Assembly: GCA_964016885.1 (NCBI GenBank) | Contig: OZ024743.1 | Coordinates: forward strand, 217,558,001-217,622,000 | Direction of reading: 5' to 3' | DNA from: Eledone cirrhosa | Lineage: Eukaryota | DNA: 64,000 nt | Shown here: piece after piece, positions 41,881 through 54,946 of the stretch | How the letters are laid out: each line of letters opens with the position of its first letter | Numbering within the stretch: the first letter of the stretch is position 1 | Notes under the pieces: generated by a model | Database searches by the model: none | Told to the model about the DNA's origin: nothing | The model's input: the letters and a program-made list of their open reading frames with translations, nothing else | Translations under genes and position numbers: made by a program

Positions 41881-42572
41881 TTATTATTATTATTTTTTTA
41901 TTTTCCCTTCGTTTTTAACAGCACTCTTCAATTACACCTAACTCTTATTTATCATATCTATATGAATTAATATAAATTTATCAATATAAATATACCTATC
42001 AATTTAATTAATTTATTTTCTTTTTATAGATGTAAATTCCCTATATTTTAGAATAAGATTGATATTTTTCACTAACACATTTATCGTAAAATTTTATTCT
42101 CCTTAGATATTTACATTGGCATTATTCTTTTATAACATCAATTTTTCGTGTACCTTTTACCGACTTGACCTATTTTCATCCCTAAAATAATCTTTTCATT
42201 CATCATACTCTTTCCATTCAAAACTGAAATCTGCCTTCGTCTACCCCTAAATTAAAGTTCTATTACTACTATTCTACCATCTTGACCATTTACTACCTTT
42301 CTATTTGTCAATTCAAAACCTGTTCCCAAACAGACCTATTATATTAAATCTTTGTTGGGTTTTTTCAATAAACAAATATCATTATTTCTGAAGACAGCAT
42401 ATATATGTGTAGGTATGTATATTCCCTCTGATAGTTTGTAAACATTTTACATAGATCTATATGATATACATACCAACACAAACATATATATCCTAGAAAC
42501 GATCGTAAAATGATGAATTTTTTAATATAAGGAACTGTTTCTTTGTTTTTATTCATTATTTTTATTAATTTT
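41881..42572 (+). repeat. pseudo-LTR copy, near-identical to 45597-46280
   Basis: about 690 bp collinear with few differences; ends in (TA)n. Confidence 0.9.
42381..42514 (+). ncRNA. type I hammerhead ribozyme with about 100 nt stem II
   Basis: ATTATTT-CTGAAGA-[cagcATATATATGT...ACATATATATccta]-GAAACGATCGTA-AAATGAT; palindromic stem III ACGATCGT, GUA triplet. Confidence 0.7.
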
Positions 42573-42600
42573 TATATATATATATATTTATATATATATA

Positions 42601-42759
<159 letters not shown>

Positions 42760-44169
42760 GTTTATTATAAGATGTTGCCTAACAGGGATTGTGCAAGCAA
42801 GGCTCCAATCATTAATCGATGATGAAATTAGGTTCAAGAACCGAATGTCATGTGTATTCTTCCAAACGTGTTTTGGTAGTCAATGGTGGACTATACGTAC
42901 AATAATTATAATTGCACAGGGGAGCTCTATATATTCATAATTCTTTTTATTCCTAATCTGCCTTGGTACATATTTTTGTGGAGTTCAAGTTTATGTAATA
43001 CTGTCATCATGTAACCTACAACACGACTTCATCAGACAGCAACTTGAGTAGTAAGGTTGTCATATGAATATGCCTAATACAATACATGTTAATAAATAAG
43101 GGATGGACGAATTCGATGTTCCTTCTGTCAGATTACTTCCCTTTTGAATTCAAATTCTACTTCACACATGCTCGCAGGCGTGAAAGTGCAGGATTGATTA
43201 GCTATCCACTACTTCTGTATTTTATTTACAACATTCTACATGTTCCGGGCAAAAACCTTCCAGTCATATAACAAAGGTTTTCACCCTCTACAGTTGGTGA
43301 GATATTTCGCTTTTGTCGTGATGCCCAGAAATTTCTATCTAACCGAAAACCTTAATCTTCTGGTCTAAAGGCCCCCCAATAGAAATGATATCGAAGCCGA
43401 AATTAAATTTGTATATTGCAGCAATCCAACAATGATTTATTAAGAAAGTTACCTCGGTAGGACTGAGAAAATTCAGGGAAAATTTGTCAGATGTAAAACC
43501 TGGGAGCACACGGGGCCAGGTATGCAGCAGTATATATATGGTGGTAGTTCCGTAACTCCTGATGGAATCATAGGTGTGTGTATGCGGCGTTTCTTGGGCA
43601 TTTTAAGCCAGGTGGAGTCCATTTATGAGTGATACAGAGAAAGTTTTAAAGAGATATAGAGGATACCTTCATAGTCGGGACTATGAAGAAACTGAGCTTT
43701 TGTTTAGTCTATTTGCTCTTCACACACACACACACACACACACACATAATGAATGTATATATCTTGGATTTCATAGGTGTGGGCGTTAGTAATAGAAACG
43801 ATGGAGGATGAGAGAAAGGAAAAATGGTATATACTGTCGATGTTTTCGTTCATAGAATAATGATTTCTTCATTGACTGGTTTCGGTTCAGAAGATCAGTC
43901 TGTCTATCTGAGGATTGACTGCCGGCACATGAAATTGTGTCATCAGTTTGTCTGACCATAGAGAGCGATTTAGTGTAGGTACAAGCAGTATTGTTAAAAT
44001 AAAATTATGAACCAATTAACATTCCAGTGCATTTTCGGCTGCTACAGGCTTATGCATATATAGATATATGTGTTGCCTGACGTACACACACACATACAAG
44101 CACGTATGTATACATATATATATATATATGCACATATATCCACACACCCACACAATCAACCCAACCCCC

Positions 44170-44208
<39 letters not shown>

Positions 44209-44256
44209 GCAAACATACACAGACACAAATATATATACTCGCACAATTATAAATAA

Positions 44257-44324
<68 letters not shown>

Positions 44325-44338
44325 GTGTATGTGTGTGT

Positions 44339-44377
<39 letters not shown>

Positions 44378-44739
44378 AAATTTCCAAGGAATGCTGGCGC
44401 CAAAAATTGACATACTAATCCGTTAAATGTTTGCTAAAGTAGAACGTGTACAACAATATCGATCTAGTATAAGGGCAAGTAATGGAAATAGATTAATGTT
44501 CAAAAGAAATCAGTTCCACAATAGAATTGGCATACATATAAAGAGACGTACATTGAGTGAATGTAAATGTATGGTGATTGGAACCTTTTCTTCATTCACC
44601 TTTCTGCTACATGCACTTCCGACTCCCACTAACTTGCACGAGGAATGAGAGATGACGAATTACACAGGATTTGCGGAACTATTGTCACCATTTTAAATAG
44701 ATCAACGGTTATATTCTCCTAATCAACAACCAAAAACAT

Positions 44740-46414
44740 ACAACAAAATATAAGTGCCTATAATGCATATAAATGTTTAAAAAGCCATGAATATACCACC
44801 AATACATCAAACTAACCATAATACTAAAATAAACCACAGCAAACCACCATCTCATTCACATACAACAAGTCGTGAAAATTCCACACCTAATTTGACTATC
44901 TCCTCTGATACAGCATTCACGAAAGGTTGTAACTGTAGAAACAAAGCAAATTGCCCATTAAAAGGAAATTGCCTTATTAATAACATAGTATATAAATGTA
45001 AAGTTAACACTAAGGACTCAATTTATTCATATATAGGAGCTACTTCTAACCAATTTAAAGTAAGATTTAATACCCACAAACACAGTTTTAAAAATGCCGC
45101 ATTAGCTAATACAACATCTTTAGCTGAAAGAATTAATAATTATAGAAAGAGGAATATAGATTATGACTTGACCTGGAGTGTGCTCAAAAGGGCCACCCAT
45201 TATCAAAATAATAGATATGAATGTAGATTATGTTCCCAGGAACTTTTTGAAATAATGAAATCTAAGGATATCCTATTAAATAAACGACAGGAATTAATTA
45301 TATCATGTAATCATAAACTGAGAAGAACTTTTAAATATTATAAACCTAATTAATATACACTTTAGAAATTATTATAATAACACTTTTTTTAAATTAGTTA
45401 ACCTATAATTAATATTCTACTACTAATGAACTGCATAATTTTATTTCCCTTTTACAGCTATCTTTTCCTAAAATTTATACCATTAAGTATACATATAAAC
45501 TATTTTAATTTCAGGTTATGATTCTATGTTCCTTATAATCTATATAAATTTGTTATTTCTCACTAATAAATGTAACCCCCCCCCCGCCTCCACCAATAAT
45601 TATTATTATTATTTTTTTATTTTCCCTTCGTTTTTAACAGCACTCTTCAATTACACCTAACTCTTATTTATCATATCTATATGAATTAATATAAATTTAT
45701 CAATATAAATATACCTATCAATTTAATTAATTTATTTTCTTTTTATAGATGTAAATTCCCTATATTTTAAATAAGATTGATATTTTTCACTAACACATTT
45801 ATCGTAAAATTTTATTCTCCTTACATTGGCATTATTCTTTTATAACATCAATTTTTCGTGTACCTTTTACCGACTTGACCTATTTTCATCCCTAAAATAA
45901 TCTTTTCATTCATCATACTCTTTCCATTCAAAACTGAAATCTGCCTTCGTCTACCCCTAAATTAAAGTTATATTACTACTATTCTACCATCTTGACCATT
46001 TACTGCCTTTCTATTTGTCAATTCAAAACCTGTTCCCAAACAGACCTATTATATTAAACCTTTGTTGGGTTTTTTCAATAAACAAATATCATTATTTCTG
46101 AAGACAGCATATATATGTGTAGGTATATATATTCCCTCTGATAGTTTGTAAAAATTTTACATAGATCTATATGATATACATACCAACACAAACATATATA
46201 TCCTATAAACGATCGTAAAATGATCAATTTTTTAATATAAGGAACTCTTTCTTAGTTTTTATTCCTTATCTTTATTAATGTATCTTGACTCTGTTTTCCT
46301 GTATTTTTCATCGGGAAAAAAGTTTTGAATACATCTTCTCTTTTCATGATATTCGGATTACATTGAGTTCTTCATACGGATTAGACACTACCGTACATTT
46401 TGGTAGATTTACCT

Positions 46415-46415
<1 letters not shown>
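44740..46415 (+). mobile_element. 5'-truncated Penelope-like element 3 (endonuclease plus pLTR)
   Basis: GIY-YIG ORF followed by AT-rich pLTR with hammerhead copy at 46091-46224 (GAAA mutated to TAAA); ends near (TA)n. Confidence 0.85.
44787..45353 (+). CDS. PLE GIY-YIG endonuclease domain (open fragment of a truncated element)
   Basis: CNCRNKANCPLKGNCL, IVYKC, YIGAT..FKVRFNTHKHSF, CRLCSQE, LNKRQELIISCNH. Confidence 0.85.
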   Translation: MNIPPIHQTNHNTKINHSKPPSHSHTTSRENSTPNLTISSDTAFTKGCNCRNKANCPLKGNCLINNIVYKCKVNTKDSIYSYIGATSNQFKVRFNTHKHSFKNAALANTTSLAERINNYRKRNIDYDLTWSVLKRATHYQNNRYECRLCSQELFEIMKSKDILLNKRQELIISCNHKLRRTFKYYKPN

Positions 46416-46446
<31 letters not shown>

Positions 46447-46607
46447 TCTACAGTGCGTATGGCGGATGTCTCGGACATGACACCCTTAATTTAATTTTGG
46501 ATATATATATATGTATGTATGTAAAAGTTAAACAGAAATAACAACACAATCGGTACAGTATATGGAAGGTATATATTAGGTTAACGCTTGATATAGCAGG
46601 AAGAGGG

Positions 46608-46643
46608 TCTTAACGTTTCGGACGCTAGTCCTTCATCAGAAGA
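46608..46643 (-). ncRNA. minimal type I hammerhead ribozyme in short element about 46525-46745
   Basis: minus: TCTT-CTGATGA-A-GGAC tagc GTCC-GAAACGTT-AAGA; self-complementary stem III as in dimer-cleaving PLE hammerheads. Confidence 0.8.
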
Positions 46644-47395
46644 AAGAATGAGAAATAAGATAGATTGAGGGGACCGGCGGGATGGAATTGGGAAAAATGT
46701 CTTTAGATAAAAATAACAGGTCCATTCATGTTGACATTTCTTATAATTTAAAAAATATTTATATTTAGAGAGAGAGGGAAAGAGTTATATATCGTTTAGG
46801 AATTATATAGTATGTTGTGCACATGTTTAATACAAATAATATTCAGGAAAGAATACATACTTCAGGTGGAATAAGTAATATTCGCGACAGTACTGTTTCG
46901 CAGCTCAGAGAGAATATTAGGAAACCGGAAATTCATGCAAGTAATCGATTATAGATTAACGATTATCTATTCCAGTAAAAACCAATGAAAGACAAGGAGC
47001 TACTCATCAGAGGAATTGTCTTTAGATATGTCCCACACGGTACAAAATGTGTTTATATCTATTTGGAGGAGCCAGACTGAATGAGCTTGCAACCACATGT
47101 TGCCGATAATCGTTGAACGACGAGTGCAGATATAAATAGCTGAGGACATTTCATCTGCTAGAAAGAGCAGCGACATTTAAGTCGCAATTGAATCAGCTCA
47201 AGACATTAATAAATTTGAAGCAGCTATAAACAATATTGAGGTATTAAAACATATCTAATGTGTAAGATAACCTTGTTTCTCTTTAAATAATCTGAATGGT
47301 CCTTAGTTCAGAGCATTAACAATTCAAATTCAAGAGAAATATTTAGAGAGAGAAAGAGCCATATATCGTTTGAGAAAAATAGAATTTTGTACACA

Positions 47396-47416
47396 TCTAA
47401 ATATATAAAACTGAGG

Positions 47417-47499
<83 letters not shown>

Positions 47500-48062
47500 T
47501 TTGAATCCCTAAAACTTGAGACGTACTCAAACGATTTTTTTCAAACTTTACATGTGTATTACGTATGTATCAGTGTGTGTTTGCACATTAAATTCAACTT
47601 TTTGATCTCCTAGGTGATCACATTAGGTGAAAAGCTCCGTTTTTTCAGCTTTTTAGGGGTTTTTTTAGGCGTTACGTCAGACAGATTTCCTTGAAATTGT
47701 GACTATGTATTAGTCAGTCTCTTCTTCATATCGTGAGCAAAGAAAATCCAACTTGTTTACGGCCTAGGGCCTGCATTAGGTTAAAAACTTCATTTTTAGA
47801 GCTTTTTAGCGCTTTTTAGAGCTTTTTGAGGCGTTACGTCTAGCCGATTTTCCCGAAATTTCAAGGCATATATAAAAAAAAATCATTTTCTTGCATTTTT
47901 CCTGCTTCATCGAGAAAAAGCTTAAAGATTATCCTGCCATCAGCGTATTCGGTTTATTTTCTTTACATTTTGTCCAGGTATGAAGTTTTTCAACGATTAA
48001 GTCTGTTGGCGGCCCACGTTCATAAATACCTTAACCCGTGCAACGCCGCGTATCACTGCTAG
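47396..48062 (+). mobile_element. non-autonomous Helitron, 667 bp, exact ends
   Basis: ACACA|TCTAAATATATAAAA ... ACCCGTGCAACGCCGCGT..CTAG|TATTTAATACAAATAATATTCAGG; empty paralogous site GCACA|TGTTTAATACAAATAATATTCAGG at about 46819-46847; no TSD. Confidence 0.9.
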
Positions 48063-48333
48063 TATTTAATACAAATAATATTCAGGAAAAAATATACTTA
48101 AGTTGGAATAAATAATATTCCTGACAGTACTGTTTCATAGATCCAAGAAAACATTAGGCAAGTGGAATGTGATACAACCAACTGATTATCGATACCGATT
48201 GAATTATATATCGTTTGAGGTAATTTGTACAGTATGGGACACATCTAATGACAATTATTCTGTCTTTCGTTGGCTCCTACCGGAATCAATAACATTGTAT
48301 ATATATATATATATATAGTTAGGAATAAGTATG

Positions 48334-48429
48334 ACCCCGACGGCAGAGCTCAAGCCGTTTCGACGGCTAATTCTGGACTAAATAAGAATTTTTAGCCTGG
48401 TAAATAAATAGCCGAACTTCTCAGGGGGT
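48334..48429 (-). ncRNA. type I hammerhead, extended stem II (core CTGAGAA)
   Basis: ACCCC-CTGAGAA-G..CGGCTATT...TAGCCG.C-GAAACGGC...GCCGTC-GGGGT. Confidence 0.65.
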
Positions 48430-49376
48430 AATTGCATATATGGTAAAATAGTGATTGTCACAAGGATTGGTCAAAAGTTTGTTGTTAAGACATATGATTC
48501 TATCATGGCATTTTGTGGAAGGTTGGGGTAGCTGAACTTGCCGGTAGAAGAAAGAGGGAGAGGAGTGGAGGAAAGCCAGTCAAGCGTTGAAAGTGGAATC
48601 TATACAGCAGATTCTAAGGATAGTGTATAGAAGGTCGAAAAAATGTGTACTAGAGAAGGGGAGGGGTGTGTGAAAAAATAGGTAAATCGAAAGGGAGTAA
48701 ACAAAAGCCATTATATATTGTATTAGTATTTATGTATATTGTGTTAGTATTTATGTATTGCATTAGTATTTATATATATTGTATTAGTATTTATGTTTTG
48801 TGATTCTGAATTAATATTTCGTATTAGATTTTAAGTATGTTGGTTCTCAACTTATTAACCTGTCATTGTAAGATAGCATTGGCTGATTAGTACTAACTAT
48901 AGTAGTGGTGTTAGACCCCCTATAATGATGGCTTTATGAAATTATTTCACTACAATCTCGTATTTAGTATTCCTTCCCACCTATTAAACTTTTCTAATGA
49001 GAGATCTGGTGATTGTGGAAGAGGAGTAGTAACCAGAAATTGTTTTTATATTTTTTTATATATTTCTCCATTTTTATAATGGCTTTTATTTACTCCATTT
49101 CGATTTACCTATTTTTTAACACCAACACACACACACACACACCTTCCCGTTCTCTAGTACACATTTCTTTCGACCTTCTATACACTATCTTTAGAATCTG
49201 CTGTATAGATTCCACTTTCAACGCTTCACTGGGTTTCCTCCACTCACTCTCCCTCTTTCTTCTACCGGCAAGTTCAGCTACCCCTACCTTCCACAAAATG
49301 CCATGATAGAATCATGTCTTACAACAAACATTTGACCAATCCTTGTGACGATCACTATTTTACCATATATGGAATT

Positions 49377-49472
49377 ACCCCCTGAGAAGATCGGCTATTT
49401 ATTTACCAGACTAAAAATTCTTAATTAGTCCAGAAGTAGCCGTCGAAACGGCTTGAGCTCTGCTGTCGGGGT
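49377..49472 (+). ncRNA. type I hammerhead, extended stem II (core CTGAGAA)
   Basis: ACCCC-CTGAGAA-GA t CGGCTATTT...AAGTAGCCG TC-GAAACGGC...GCTGTC-GGGGT. Confidence 0.65.
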
Positions 49473-49546
49473 CATACTTGTTCCTATTACCCACTCTACT
49501 ACCCTAGGTATTGAGTACTGTGGTGCGTTATAGTCCACATTTCCTT

Positions 49547-49605
<59 letters not shown>

Positions 49606-49776
49606 CACAAGAATCAAAGCTATGTTCAAAGCATTTATTCACTTACAATTGTTTCATACAAACCTGTCTTCGGAACATTTTTCAATGTTGTACATATAAT
49701 GACTTCCCATCCAACACAGGTGACATACAGATACATATATATATATTGATGTACAGTGGAGTGACATATATTATAC

Positions 49777-49924
<148 letters not shown>

Positions 49925-49964
49925 CGATATTAATAAATGGAAACTATATTTATAAAACCATATT

Positions 49965-50029
49965 TATTTCATTATACATATTTCAGGGATATCACATTAA
50001 ATTATGGTATGCCTTCATCAGACAAAATA
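49965..50029 (-). ncRNA. type I hammerhead in short element 49925-50170, relative of 35984-36045
   Basis: minus: TATTTTGT-CTGATGA-AGG.ATA.CAT...ATG.GATATCCCT-GAAA-TATGTATA-ATGAAATA; stem I retained through G-U changes. Confidence 0.7.
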
Positions 50030-50165
50030 CAATATATAACAGTTTTACAAATAGGTTTGACGTACCCTTTAAAATACAACCATTACTTTTGGAGGCTGTC
50101 GAGTGCTTTATATCAGTTATAAAAATATTTACTTGTTGTATCCCAACAACTTTAAATAGAACTTT

Positions 50166-50200
<35 letters not shown>

Positions 50201-50269
50201 CACATATAATATATATATATATATTATATATATTATACTATACATATAATATATATATATATTAATTAA

Positions 50270-50392
50270 ACTAACAGATTAAAGTTTAAGCAAAGAATTG
50301 CTGCTTTCACCCTTAACGTTAACCGGATCTTTCAGAAGATCCCGTTAAGGGTGAAAGCAGCGATTCTTTGCTTAAACTTTAATATGTTATTT
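50270..50392. repeat. short fold-back in (TA)n
   Basis: 50271-50318 inverted at 50343-50390; part also present at 39170-39232. Confidence 0.75.
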
Positions 50393-50479
50393 GCTCTATA
50401 GTTCTTACATATTTGATATATATTTATCCTTATCGAGCCTTCTATGGATTTTAGACTCATCACATTTATTATGATTACC

Positions 50480-50518
<39 letters not shown>

Positions 50519-50522
50519 AACC

Positions 50523-50695
50523 AATAAAGAAATATATCTAACTACATGTATGGCAGTATATCTGCCTGTCTGTCTATACATGTATTCTTAAATCGCTACA
50601 AACGTTAGAATAACGTTTGTAGCGATTTAAGAATACATGTATAGACAGACAGGCAGATATACTGCCATACATGTAGTTAGATATATTTCTTTATT
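50523..50695. repeat. perfect palindrome, 85 bp arms, 3 nt loop
   Basis: 50523-50607 is the reverse complement of 50611-50695; loop GAA. Confidence 0.95.
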
Positions 50696-51174
50696 TGCCA
50701 CAAAGGCTCACAAGAAAAGGTGACAATACAAAGTATGCCGGGGATTTTACATACAGTCGTGTAAAAAATATAAAAACAAACAATTACAACAATCGAAATC
50801 CCCAATAGGGGGGAAGAGCCACAAATGGGTTGTTTAATACCCCGTTGATAGAACAACCCTCAATTTCCGGATCATGTTGTGCAAGTGATCTTTTCTTCCG
50901 TTTGTTCTCTTCTTTAACCTACGGGCTTATAAACAGAGAAGGCCCAATCACTCGGGCCATTTTAGCTTCATTCACCCGCCTTTCAGTAAATTTACTGGGG
51001 TGCAGTGCCTCTCTCTCCACTCTGATTCTCCTTCTAAAGTGATCTTTAAAGAAGGGAATCAATTGTTGTCCGGAGAGACAGGCATCTGTCTTCAGTCTTC
51101 TCAATCTCGTCCACCATATAACTTCTTTCACCATAGCCACTGTACAGAGGAAAACCGCCTCTCTTTCGTTTTTG
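50686..51174 (-). mobile_element. 5'-truncated Tx1 LINE copy D (subfamily of A)
   Basis: collinear with 16338-16826; truncation point runs straight into the (GATA)n array. Confidence 0.9.
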
Positions 51175-51214
51175 ATAGAAAGATATATAGATAGAGAGAT
51201 AGATACATAGATAA

Positions 51215-51277
<63 letters not shown>
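51175..51277. repeat. (GATA)n array between LINE D and LINE B
   Basis: about 100 bp of AGAT repeats. Confidence 0.95.
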
Positions 51278-51510
51278 TGTTTCTTTATTAGCCACAGGGG
51301 CACAAAAGAAGGTGAGAAAGGGGGAAGTTTACATACAATAAAAACGTGTAAAATGTTATCACAAATAGAATTTAAAAAGTTAGTCGATTTTCCCCAATAG
51401 GGGGAGACAGATTATATGGGTAACACATACCCCCGAAAAAAGGTGCAACCCTTATCTCCAGGAGTACGAAGAGTTTGTACTCCTTTCCTATCCCCCTCCT
51501 TTTCCTCAAC

Positions 51511-54500
51511 CTACAGGCTGATATAGAGAGAAGGCACATTCACTCGGGCCATTCTCGCCACTTTCACCCACCTTTCATAAAACTTGCACCTCTCTCTCCA
51601 TCCTGATTCTTCTTCCAAAGTGGTATTTGAAAAAAAGAATCAGTTGTTGGCCGGAGAGAAAGGTGTCTGATCTCAGCCCTTCCAACCTTGTCCACTATAC
51701 AACCTCTTTCGCCATAGATATCACACTAAGGAAAACCGCCTCTCCTTCGTTTTTGAAGGAGGGTGGCGGTTTGATCATAACAATGGACTCGGTGGTCAAC
51801 AGGATGGGTCCCACCCGCGACAATAGTCGTTCTACATAGCCCCACAGGTCAGTGACGCCCGGGCAGTGTATGAATGTGTGCGCGACGGTTTCTTCGTCTC
51901 GCACGCACCTCGGACAGATCTTTTTTGCAGGGTCCCTGCCTGGGTGCCCATGTCTGTAGAGCTTGTCTCGACATAGTAGAGCTCCTCGGTAGCACTGCCA
52001 GGCCAGGGACTTTTGGAAGTTGTCCATCGGTCCCGGGCGGAAGGTCCTACCGAACAGAATGGCCAGTTCATCTTCCTCTACGCCTACAGTTTCACCGAGC
52101 GCGTCGTCGCACTTGTGGCGGATCAACCTTCTATAGAATGACGAAGTGGAGTTTTCACTGATCGCCGGGTCCGCCTGCCAGAGGGCTGTGAGCGCCTGAG
52201 CACATTCGATGTGCCAGTCGCCCATTTTCCTCGGTCTTTGCTTGACCCAGAACTGCAGCTCGGTCAGCGAGACGAGTCGTGGGAAGGCTCTCCTCACGAA
52301 CGGGGCCCACACCGGTTGTCCTGTGAGGAATACGTAGAGATGCAACAGCCTGAGCGCGTGTTTGCGCATCGTCAACCACGGCATCCCCATTCCTCCGTTA
52401 GAAGGGTGTTGGCAGCAGATGGATCTTTTCACCAAAAGATTCCGCCTCTTCCAAAGGAATCGGAAGAGCGCGCGCTCCATTTTGGCGAGCGTTTTGGCTG
52501 GACAAGGCACGACGGTCAAGCGGTAGTAGATGGCGGACGCTATGAAAGTGTTCGCCACCTCTGCTTGACCTTTCAAGGATAGTTTGCACTCGGCACACTT
52601 CTGGGTGAGTGCAAACACCTTGGCCGTCACTTCGTTCCAGTTCTTCTCCACCCGGAGGTCCGGACCAAACCAGACCCCGAGCAGCTTTACCGGTCCTTCC
52701 GTCCAGCGTCCGACGACGCCATCGGAAGGCATCCGTTTGCCTCTCCACGATCCGAGTTGCAAACCGATGGACCTCGCTCCTGTGAAACTTTCGTATTCCT
52801 TCAGTAAGGTGCCGACTTCCTCGATTTACGAGGCGCTCGACACCATTACTATCAAGTCGTCGGCGTAGGCCGACGCCGCTTTCCGCAGTCCCGGTTCCAG
52901 AGGGATGCCCTGCAATAGCTCCAACTTCCGCAGTAGTGGCTCGAGAGTCAGTACGTACAGAAGGGAGGAGAGAGGGCATCCCTGTTTGAATGGATCGCGT
53001 AATATGGAACGGCTCCGAGAGGTAGCCGTTCACCTTGACCCTTGAGCAGATGTTGATGTTGTGCATTGCAGCAATCCAGCCCCTGAACACGGGTCCGAAG
53101 CCTGCCGCCTCGAGCACCGCATCCAGGTAACGATGGTCAACCCTATCGAAAGACTTAGACTGATCCAAGTTGATCAGGGCCCCACCGAAGCCGGGTTTAC
53201 ACCCTACCCTCTCTTATCTCATGATGTGGAGGTTGTCGTGTATGGACCTGGTCGGTATTGCGCATGTCTGCACTTCTGCCACCAGGTTCTCGACGACAAG
53301 CGCCAGCCTCTTTGCCAACACCTTGGCCAAAATCTGTAACTCTGTGTTTAGCAGGGTTATGGGCCGGAAGTTGCCTATGTCATCCCCCTTATTCTCGTCC
53401 TTCCTGACTAGTGTGACTACGCCCCCGGTTACAGAACTGGGAATTCTCCCGTTCTGTTGCCAGTTGCAGTAGACGGCTTCCAGGAGACCGGAGAATAAGT
53501 CCGGCATTGCTACGTAAAATTCGTAGGGTAGACCGTCGAGACCTGGAGATTTGCGTTTGCCGCATTGGGTCAGTGCGTCCCCTATCTCAGCGGCTGATAT
53601 CGGCTTTTCGCAGAACTTTGCCTCGCTGTCCGACATTCGCGGTAGGCCGTCGAGGTATGGACCTAAATCCATAGCCCCTCCCGGCGCCCCACCCTGCCCG
53701 AACAGTTGAGCAAAGTGCCAGTGATAGGCCACACACATATGCTTCAGCTCACGTATCACGAGTCCGTTTTGGTCCTTCAAAGACCGAATCGTGGACTTGA
53801 TGCCACTTTTTTCCTCCGTACCTCGGGCCCAGCTAATAGCTTTGGCTCCCTCGTTTCCCAGAGCACGTATTTTACTTCTGACAACGCAGCCCTCGTGCTT
53901 TGCGTCGAAGAACTGGTCCAAGGACATTCACGTTGCTCGCACGCTGGCTACGTTGCCACTTCTAATTGCCTCTTCTACTTTATCTACCAGTTCCTTCTCG
54001 GTTCTAATTCTACCTAACGCTAATTCTTTACTAAAAACTATCGAGTCTAATCTAACTGCCCTCTTGAGAGAGTACCACCATCTGTTGTTGACAATGGCCC
54101 CTGTCAAGTGCTGTTTAACTAAAGTGCTAATCCGTCTACTGCAGGCTTTGCTTGTCGGTAACAAGTTCAGCTTCCAGTAGCCGTGCCCTTGTCTATGGGT
54201 TCTATCAAGGTTGGCCATGCAGGTCACTAGTTTGTGATCTGAATAGGCAACCGTGAACATTTGTGGACAGCTTAACATGTCCCTATCCTTATTTCTAACT
54301 AGAACCCTATCTAGGTACGATCTAGATGTTCCGCTACGATTACTCCACGTCCACAGTGGCGCAGTCGGAAAATCTAGTCGATATCTATCGGCCAGGTCAA
54401 ATCGGCCGATTAACTGTTTGAGGCTGTTACACCCCCCTTTATCGGGACATGCTCCCACATAGTCCCAACGTGCATCTAGGATTCCATTCCAGTCCCCCAC

Positions 54501-54913
54501 TAAAAGCAAGGAGCGGGAGGTTCCCAGAAAAGTCTCTAGACGTTTGAAGAAGTCTGGCCGCGGTGTCCCGGATGGGACATATGCGACCACCAGCCTGAAG
54601 GCTCCACCTTCACTACCGTCAACGTCTAGGACCACCAGTCGACCCTCCGGGTCCAGATGGATCGTCTGTGTTACGAGGCCCTGGTGTTTCCGCAGCAAAA
54701 CGGCAACTCCGCCCCCACCCCCCGGTTGACAGAGAGTTGCGTAGATCTCAAAGTCATCGAAGAGGGGGCCAGCTGTCGCTCTCTGTGGATCCTGGACTCG
54801 CAAATGGCTACCACATCCATACTGTGCGACCTGAGATCGTTTAAGAGTTTGCCCTGTTTCCAGGGCATCCCCGGGCCGCGTACGTTCACACATCCAACTC
54901 TTATATTGGCCAT
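51511..54913 (-). pseudogene. LINE B ORF2 (APE-RT-zinc finger)
   Basis: MANIRVGCVNVRG, GDWN, YLDR, SDHK, SPGLDGLPYEFY, FRPITLLN, DQSKSFDRVDH, YADD, CPRC..DEETVAHTFIHC; frameshifts. Confidence 0.93.
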
Positions 54914-54946
54914 GTTGGTGCTGAAAAGTTAAAAGAGGAAAAGAGA

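Larger units (their letters stand above)
48318..49546. mobile_element. solo inverted pair of PLE2-related pseudo-LTRs in (TA)n
   Basis: 48320-48712 is reverse complement of 49078-49487; 48840-49546 matches the PLE2 pLTR; about 21 bp minisatellite at 48715-48795. Confidence 0.88.
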
